NCBI GenBank assembly: GCA_963832095.1
Contig: CAWHSW010000009.1
Location: 14,994 to 78,993 of the forward strand
Reading direction: 5' to 3'
Length of the DNA stretch: 64,000 nt
DNA from: an uncultured Actinomycetes bacterium
GTDB lineage: Bacteria; Actinomycetota; Actinomycetes; Streptosporangiales; Streptosporangiaceae
Below are positions 57,619 through 64,000 of this stretch, in pieces. The notes below the pieces were generated by a model, which did not search any database, was not told where the DNA came from, and saw only the letters and a program-made list of their open reading frames with translations. The translations under genes and the position numbers were made by a program. How positions within the stretch are numbered: the stretch's first letter is position 1; the number at the start of each line of letters is the position of its first letter.

Positions 57619-57760
57619 GCCGCGCCTCCACTGCCATATTGCACTGCGGCCGCCCCGGGGTGCGGGAGCAGTAACCGGATGTGAGCAGCACCGGCCACGC
57701 CGGGCCACTACAAGTGTAGACATCCCCCCTGGCACACGGCATGGTGGCCGTGACCCAAGC

Positions 57761-60548
57761 TCAGTCCTGCCCGCCCCGGAGCGAATCAATCACGCTGTCC
57801 GCGTCCTCCGGCCGGACCAGCACGTCCCTGGCCTTGGAGCCCTCGCTCGGCCCGACGATGTTGCGGCTCTCCAGCAGGTCCATCAGCCGGCCCGCCTTGG
57901 CGAAGCCCACCCGCAGCTTGCGCTGCAGCATCGAGGTGGACCCGAACTGGGTGCGGATGACCAGGTCCGCGGCCTGCAGCAGCAGTTCCAGGTCGTCGCC
58001 GATGTCCGCGTCGATCTCCCGCTTGGCCCCTTCCGGGGCGGCCACGTCGTCCCGGTAGATGGGCTGCTCCTGGGCGGTGCAGTGCGCGACGACCTCGCGG
58101 ATCTCTTTCTCGGTGACGAACGCGTTCTGCAGCCGGATCGGCTTGCTCGCGCCCATCGGCAGGAACAGGCAATCGCCCTGGCCGACCAGCTTCTCCGCAC
58201 CGGGCTGGTCCAGGATGACCCGGCTGTCGGTCAGGCTGGAGGTGGCGAACGCCAGCCGGGACGGCACGTTGGCCTTGATCAGCCCGGTGACCACGTCCAC
58301 GCTGGGCCGCTGGGTGGCCAGCACCAGGTGGATGCCGGCCGCCCGGGCCAGCTGGGTGATCCGCACCACCGCGTCCTCGACGTCGCGCGGCGCGATCATC
58401 ATCAGGTCGGCCAGCTCGTCCACGATGACCAGCAGGTACGGGTAGGCGGTGAACACCCGCTCGCTGCCCGGCGGCGCGGTCAGCTTGCCCGCCCGCACCG
58501 CCTTGTTGAAGTCGTCGATATGCCGGAAGCCGAACGCGGCCAGGTCGTCATAACGGCGGTCCATTTCGCCGACCACCCACTGCAGCGCCTCGGCCGCCTT
58601 CTTCGGGTTCGTGATGATCGGCGTAATAAGGTGCGGTATGCCCTGGTAGATCGCGAGTTCCACCCGTTTAGGATCGACCAGGACCATCCGCACGTATTCC
58701 GGCGCCGCGCGCAGCAGCACCGACGTGATCAGGCCGTTGATGCAGGTTGACTTCCCCGCGCCGGTCGCGCCCGCGATCAGCATGTGCGGCATCTTGGCCA
58801 GGTTGGCCACCACCGTGCGGCCCTCGACGTCCTTGCCCAGGCCGACCACCATCGGGTGATGGTCGCTGACCGCTTTCGGCGAGCGCAGCACATCACCCAG
58901 GCTGACGATCTCCTTGTCCGCGTTGGGGATCTCCACCCCGATCGCCGACCGGCCCGGGATCGGCGAGATGATCCGCACATCCGCGCTCTTCACCGCGTAC
59001 GCGATGTTCTTGGTCAGCTGGGTCACCCGCTCGACCTTGACCGCCGGGCCCAGCTCGATCTCATACCGGGTCACCGTCGGCCCGCGCTTGAACCCGATCA
59101 CCCGGGCATCCACCTCGAACTGCTCCAGCACCTCGGTCAGCGCCGCGACCACCCGGTCATTGGCCTGCGTCCGCGCCTTGGGCGCGGTCCCCGGCTTGAG
59201 CAGCGCCACCGGCGGCAGCACGTAACTCGACTCGGCCGACCCGGCCAGGGTGAGCTGCTCACCCGGCGCACCCCGCCCGGCCCTGGCCGCGCCGTCCGGG
59301 CCCGCCGGAGTAGCCCGGTCAGCCACCGCGCCATCCGGGGCCGGCGGCTGGGCACCGCTTGAGCCGGACGGCCCGAAGCCCAGCGCGTCCAGCATCGACT
59401 CGTCCGGGTCCGCGGCCGGCTCGGCGCCGTCCTCGGCCGGCTTGGTCCCGGCACCGCCGCGGCGCGGCCGGGCGCCCGGGCCGTCGCCCACGATGGGCGT
59501 GTCGTACGGCCGGTGGTTGTCGCCCGCCTCGATGGCCTGCGGCCGTTTCCGGCCCCGGGTCAGCTGCCGGGTCAGCCCGCCGGGCGCGTCCTCGGCCCCG
59601 TCCGCCTCGCCCACGCCCGGCTCCGGGCGCTGGGTAAAGGCACGCAACTCGTTCAGCCGGTCCGGCACCCGGTGCAGCGGCGTGCCGGTGATGACCAGCA
59701 GCCCGAACCCGCTGACCAGGGCGAGCAGCGGGGCGGCCGCCCACGGGGTGAGCGCGGCCACCAGCGGCGCGGAGACGGCGAACCCGATCAGCCCGCCGCC
59801 GGAGCGCATGGCGATGGCGCCGGCGCTCGGGTGCGGGGTGCCCGCCGCGATGTGGATGAGGCCGAGCCCCCCGAGCATGAACGCGGTCCAGCCGATCACC
59901 ATCCGCCCGGTCTGCGCGTTCCGCTCCGGATGCCGCAGGTAGCGCCAGGCGAGCAGGCCGAGCAGGATGGGCAGCAGCCAGGCCGCCGAGCCGAACAGGC
60001 CCCGGATCACGTCGGACATGACCCGGCCGATCAGGTTGTCCATCCGGAACCAGGTGGTCGCGGCGACCACGATGGCGCCGGCCAGGTAGGCCAGGCCGAC
60101 CCCGTCCCGGCGGTGCAGCGGGTCCATGTCCCGCGCGTGGTTGCCGAACGCCCGGGCCACGCCGCCGACCGCGTGCGCGGCGATCATCCACAGCCCGGTG
60201 ATCAGGCTGCCCAGCCAGCCGAACAGGATCAGGATCGGGTCAGCCGTCCTCGGCTGCGCCGCGGGCCGGCTCCGGCCGCTGGCCTTGCCAGCCGGGCGGC
60301 GCTTTTTCGCGCTGCCGGATTTGCCCTGGCCATTTCGGCCCTGGCTGGGCCTGGCGCTGCGTGCTGCGCGCGGAGCTGGTCCGCGCGGGCATCGCGCTCT
60401 CACTGCGCACCCGCCCGCCGCTGCCGGAAGGGCGCACCGGACGGCTCTGACCTGCGGCGGAACGTCCCTGACCGCCAGCCGACCGACCCTGTCCAGCTGG
60501 CGTGCCGACCCTCGGCTGAGTAGTGCCCTTAGGGACACGAGTAGCCAT
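57761..60548 (-). CDS. ftsK: DNA translocase FtsK; the N-terminal tail is possibly in another frame (switch ~60345-60375)
   Basis: N-terminal TM segments, [13 protein letters not shown] Walker [14 protein letters not shown] Walker B and the gamma domain [24 protein letters not shown] 60548 opens [30 protein letters not shown]..., a typical S/G/R-rich FtsK tail, but in a different frame from the body. Confidence 0.88.
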
Positions 60549-60756
60549 GCTGCCAAAGTACCCAGCATTCCTGGGTGGCAGCCGTAACCGCCCAGGCGTG
60601 TCGCGGCGATCTTCCCGGGGCGCCGGGCGGGCCGGGTGAACAGCGGCTATCGCCGGTCTGGCGGGTCCGCGAATACTCGGCGGTTCCCATTGGCAGCCGC
60701 CGCCCGGCGAGCCACCCTGTAGAAAACCCGGCAGTGATGATCATGAACGGAGCCCG

Positions 60757-61878
60757 ATGGCCAGCCTGCCCGCCCGCACCGGCGCGGCCGGCCTGCCTGC
60801 CGTCTGGCTGCGGGACAACTGCCGGTGCGCCGACTGCCTCGACCCGGTCACCGGCCAGCGGCTGCGCGAGGTCACCGACCTGCCCGCCGGGCTCACCGTG
60901 GGCGACGTCTCGGTGGCCGGCCGCCAGGTGACGGTGCGCTTCCAGCCGGACGGCCACCAGGCCGTGTTCGACCAGGCCTGGCTGGCCCGGCACGCGGCCG
61001 GCCCGGGCGGCGCCGCCGACCCGCGCACCGAGGACGCCAAGCGGCTCTGGCCGGCGCCCGGGATGGCTGGGGCGCCGCCCGGCCCGCCGCCGCGGCTGTC
61101 CTGGCCCCGCTACCTGGCTGACCCGGGCTACCGCCGGGCCTGCCAGCAGGCGATCCTGGACGACGGGCTCATCCTGCTGTGCGGCGTGCCCACCGAGCCG
61201 GGCACCGTCCTCGCGGTCGCGGCGAGCATGGGCTACGTCCGGGAGACCAACTACGGCCGGCTGTTCGATGTCCGGGTCGAGGCGGCGCCAGCCAACCTCG
61301 CGTACACCAGCCGGCCCATCGCCCCGCACACCGACAACCCGTACCGGGACCCGGTGCCGACCGTGCAGTTGCTGCATTGCCTGCGCAGCGCGGCCGGCGG
61401 CGGCGACTCGGTCTTCGCGGACGGGTTCCGCGCCGCGGCCCGGCTGCGCGGGCAGGACCCGGCCGCGTTCCGCACCCTGGCCGGCACGCCGGTCACCTTC
61501 AGCTACCGCGACCAGCGCACCCAGCTGTCCGCGACCAGACCGCTGATCAGCCTGGACCCGCGGGGCCGGATCCGGGAGATCCGGTGCAACGGCCGTTCGC
61601 TGCAGCCGCCCTGCCTCAGCCCGGCCGAGGCGGCTGACTTCTACGCCGCCTACCGCGCGTTCGCCGCGCTGGCCGGCGATCCGGCGGCGCTGCGGACGGC
61701 CCGGCTGGCGCCGGGCGACTGCGTGATCTTCGACAACACCCGGATCCTGCACGGCAGGACCGGGTTCACCGGCCAGGGCGGCCGGCACCTGCAGGGCTGT
61801 TACGCCGATCTCGACGGGGTGGAGTCGGCGGTGGCCGTGGCAGGGCGCGAGCAGGAGAAAGGGAAGGACCGGTCATGA
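60757..61878 (+). CDS. Fe(II)/2-oxoglutarate dioxygenase of the gamma-butyrobetaine hydroxylase family (TmpA-like)
   Basis: N-terminal GBBH-like Zn domain (WLRDNCRCADCLDPVTGQR), HTD facial-triad motif (IAPHTDNPYRDPVPTVQLLHC) and distal His (FDNTRILHGR). Confidence 0.8.
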   Translation: MASLPARTGAAGLPAVWLRDNCRCADCLDPVTGQRLREVTDLPAGLTVGDVSVAGRQVTVRFQPDGHQAVFDQAWLARHAAGPGGAADPRTEDAKRLWPAPGMAGAPPGPPPRLSWPRYLADPGYRRACQQAILDDGLILLCGVPTEPGTVLAVAASMGYVRETNYGRLFDVRVEAAPANLAYTSRPIAPHTDNPYRDPVPTVQLLHCLRSAAGGGDSVFADGFRAAARLRGQDPAAFRTLAGTPVTFSYRDQRTQLSATRPLISLDPRGRIREIRCNGRSLQPPCLSPAEAADFYAAYRAFAALAGDPAALRTARLAPGDCVIFDNTRILHGRTGFTGQGGRHLQGCYADLDGVESAVAVAGREQEKGKDRS

Positions 61879-62477
61879 CATCTGCTGACCCGGTGCGGGT
61901 CATCGCGGACCTCTTCGCCGCGGAAGGGGCCAGCGAATATCTCGGTGAGCCGGTGAGCCAGGCTGCGCACATGCTGCAGGCCGCGGCGCTGGCCGAGGCG
62001 GCCGGCGCCGGGCCGGAACTGGTGGCCGCGGCGCTGCTGCACGACGTGGGGCACTTCACGGGGGCGGTGTCCGGCCACGAGCTGATGAGCGGGGCCCGGG
62101 ACAACCGGCACAGCGACGCGGGGGCGGACTGGCTGGCCCGGTGGTTCGGGCCCGGGGTGACCGAGCCGGTCCGGCTGCACGTGGCGGCCAAACGGTATCT
62201 GTGCACGGTGGAACCGGGGTACTTCGGTTCGCTGTCCGACGCCTCGGTCCACACGCTGCGGATGCAGGGCGGCCCGATGAGCCCGGCCGAGACGGCCGAG
62301 TTCGAGGGCAACCGGTGGTGCACCGCTGCGCTGCGGCTGCGCCGCTGGGACGACGCGGCCAAGGACCCGCACGCGCGGGTTCCGGCGTTCGGTTACTACC
62401 AGCCGCTGCTCCGCCAGCTCGCCCTGGTCCGGGCCCGGGAACTTGGCGAGGTCAAACCTCGATCACCACTGGGATGA
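61875..62477 (+). CDS. HD-domain protein of the PhnZ/TmpB type (putative diiron oxygenase cleaving the C-P bond)
   Basis: ATGA overlap with the upstream dioxygenase. The sequence has QAAHMLQAAALAEAAG...AALLHDVGH HD motif and further His/Asp ligand candidates (NRHSDAG, RLHVAAKRYL). Confidence 0.7.
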   Translation: MTSADPVRVIADLFAAEGASEYLGEPVSQAAHMLQAAALAEAAGAGPELVAAALLHDVGHFTGAVSGHELMSGARDNRHSDAGADWLARWFGPGVTEPVRLHVAAKRYLCTVEPGYFGSLSDASVHTLRMQGGPMSPAETAEFEGNRWCTAALRLRRWDDAAKDPHARVPAFGYYQPLLRQLALVRARELGEVKPRSPLG

Positions 62478-64000
62478 TCATCGGCCGCCGCCGGTAGCTG
62501 TCGTTCACCCAGCGGCCCACCGTGCGCCGGACCAGCTGGCCGAGCTGGTGCGCGTCGTTGATCCCGTCGGCTGCGGCGCGGACCAGGGCCTCCTCGACCC
62601 GCGGCCGCACCTCCTCGAACGAGGCGTCGTCGATGCCGGAACCGCGGGCGTGGATCTCCGGGCCGGCCACCAGCTTGCCGCTGGTCGAGTCGACCACGAT
62701 GACCACGGACACGAAGCCTTCCTCGCCCAGGATCCGGCGGTCCTTCAGCGACGTCTCGGTGACCTCACCGACGGACAGCCCATCCACGTAGACGTAGCCG
62801 CACGGCACCTTGCCGACCACCGACGCCTGGCCGTCGGCCAGGTCGACCACCACGCCATCCTCGGCGATCACGATGTTGCGGTCACTGATCCCGGTCAGCT
62901 CGGCCAGCCGGGCGTGCGCCCGCAGATGCCGCCACTCGCCGTGCACCGGCATGAAGTTCCGTGGCCGCACCAGGTTCAGCACGTAGAGCAGCTCGCCCGC
63001 GGGGGCGTGCCCGGACACGTGCACCAGCGCGTTGCCCTTGTGCACCACCCGGGCGCCCCACCGGGTCAGCTCGTTGATCACCCGGTAGACCGCGGACTCG
63101 TTGCCCGGGATCAGCGAGGAGGCCAGGATGACCGTGTCCCCCGCGGCGATCCGGATCGGATGATCCCGCCCCGCCATCCGGGACAGCGCGGACATCGGCT
63201 CGCCCTGCGAGCCGGTGCTGACCAGCACCACCTCACCGGGCGGCAGACCCTCCGCCTCCCGCGGGTCAACCAGCAGGCCGCCGCGGACCGAGGGCACCCG
63301 CAGGTAGCCCAGGTCACGCGCGACGCCCATGTTGCGCACCATCGACCGGCCGACGAACGCCACCTTGCGGCCGTGCGCCGCGGCCGCGTCCAGCACCTGC
63401 TGCACCCGGTGCACGTGCGAGGCGAAGCAGGCCACGATGATCCGCTGCTGGGTCTCGGCGAACATCTCGTTGAGCACCGGCGAGATGTCCCGCTCGCTGG
63501 TCACGAAGCCCGGCACCTCGGCGTTGGTGGAGTCGGCCATCAGCAGGTCGACGCCCTCGGTGCCGAGCCGGGCGAAGCCGCCGAGGTCGGTCAGCCGGCC
63601 GTCCAGCGGCAGCTGGTCCATCTTGAAGTCGCCGGTGTGCAGCACCACTCCGGCCGGGGTGGTGATGGCCACCGCGAGCGCGTCCGGGATCGAGTGGTTG
63701 ACGGCGAAGAACTCCAGCCCGAACGGGCCGAACGCCTGCCGCTCGCCTTCGACGACCTCCACCGTGACCGGGGTTATCCGGTGCTCGGTGAGCTTGCTGC
63801 GGATCAGGCCCAGGGTGAGCCGTGAGCCGATCAGCGGGATGTCCGGCCGCTGCCGGAGCAGGTAGGGCACGGCGCCGATGTGGTCCTCGTGCGCGTGCGT
63901 CAGGACCATCGCCTCGATATCGTCCAGCCTGCCCTCGAGGCTGGTGAAGTCGGGCAGGATCAGGTCCACGCCCGGCTGATCCGGCTCGGGGAACAGCACC
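62452..64000 (-). CDS. rnj: Ribonuclease J (N-terminus beyond the right edge)
   Basis: Metallo-beta-lactamase HAHEDHIG, beta-CASP and C-terminal domains (VHVSGHA, MPVHGEWRHL). The 3' end overlaps the HD-domain gene by 26 nt. Confidence 0.92.
   Translation of the reverse strand, partial: VLFPEPDQPGVDLILPDFTSLEGRLDDIEAMVLTHAHEDHIGAVPYLLRQRPDIPLIGSRLTLGLIRSKLTEHRITPVTVEVVEGERQAFGPFGLEFFAVNHSIPDALAVAITTPAGVVLHTGDFKMDQLPLDGRLTDLGGFARLGTEGVDLLMADSTNAEVPGFVTSERDISPVLNEMFAETQQRIIVACFASHVHRVQQVLDAAAAHGRKVAFVGRSMVRNMGVARDLGYLRVPSVRGGLLVDPREAEGLPPGEVVLVSTGSQGEPMSALSRMAGRDHPIRIAAGDTVILASSLIPGNESAVYRVINELTRWGARVVHKGNALVHVSGHAPAGELLYVLNLVRPRNFMPVHGEWRHLRAHARLAELTGISDRNIVIAEDGVVVDLADGQASVVGKVPCGYVYVDGLSVGEVTETSLKDRRILGEEGFVSVVIVVDSTSGKLVAGPEIHARGSGIDDASFEEVRPRVEEALVRAAADGINDAHQLGQLVRRTVGRWVNDSYRRRPMIIPVVIEV

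Noticed and set aside
57700-57715. CTACAagTGTAG palindrome near the ftsK stop as a relative of the TACAGGGTCCCTGTA palindrome.
   Set aside because: Only the 5-bp arms are shared. That is too short to distinguish from chance without a genome-wide count.
55342-57789. 815-aa ORF suggesting a RodZ-RimO fusion.
   Set aside because: The middle ~130 aa are nonsense produced by reading the DUF4115 region out of frame. The DUF4115 sequence is intact in the neighbouring frame with its own stop at 56859, and rimO has its own GTG at 56832.
1-64000. tRNA, rRNA, tmRNA, RNase P RNA, riboswitches, IS elements or transposases.
   Set aside because: Scanning the intergenic regions by eye, I found no cloverleaf-compatible segment, no conserved RNase P or tmRNA motifs, and no transposase-like ORF. 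A covariance-model scan (tRNAscan-SE, Rfam) would be needed to exclude small RNAs formally.

Overview
High-G+C actinobacterial chromosomal core segment; the gene content looks Pseudonocardiales-like, but that is a guess I cannot verify here. By translated-sequence recognition the order is: hemW (partial), a MOSC gene, two DUF1707/DUF4190 paralogs, lepA, rpsT, holA, a mycothiol-type isomerase-family gene and an amidohydrolase. A 1.9-kb gene-free gap follows, filled by a two-copy ~816-bp tandem duplication. After it come hflX, aceB-glcDEF (malate synthase and glycolate oxidase), dapF-miaA, a DUF4232 gene, padR plus a membrane protein, miaB, an S9 peptidase, rny, and recX-recA with a DUF3046 gene. 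recA carries a 364-aa LAGLIDADG intein at the GVMFG/SPETT site. Downstream lie lhr, a leaderless GH25 muramidase, a P450, an MFS/ArsR-like pair, and an ECF sigma factor with a partner gene. A ROK regulator with a sugar ABC transporter and a GH3 hexosaminidase come next. They are followed by a small decayed island, an Rrf2 regulator, clgR-cinA-pgsA-rimO, a rodZ-like gene, ftsK, a TmpA/TmpB-like oxidative phosphonate pair, and rnj (partial). I saw no rRNA, tRNA, CRISPR array, transposase or prophage block. Two points dominate interpretation. (1) About 16 single-nucleotide frame breaks interrupt about 11 otherwise recognisable genes, about half of them in short G/C or T runs. Consensus indel error is the leading explanation, so pseudogene calls are provisional. 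(2) Most long ORFs in the six-frame track are antisense or out-of-frame shadows typical of ~70% G+C DNA. The items most worth a second look are the tandem duplication at 8601-10232, the recA intein, the TmpA/TmpB-like pair, the nested repeat cluster upstream of the P450 gene, and the in-frame tandem repeats inside glcE, lhr and the MFS gene.
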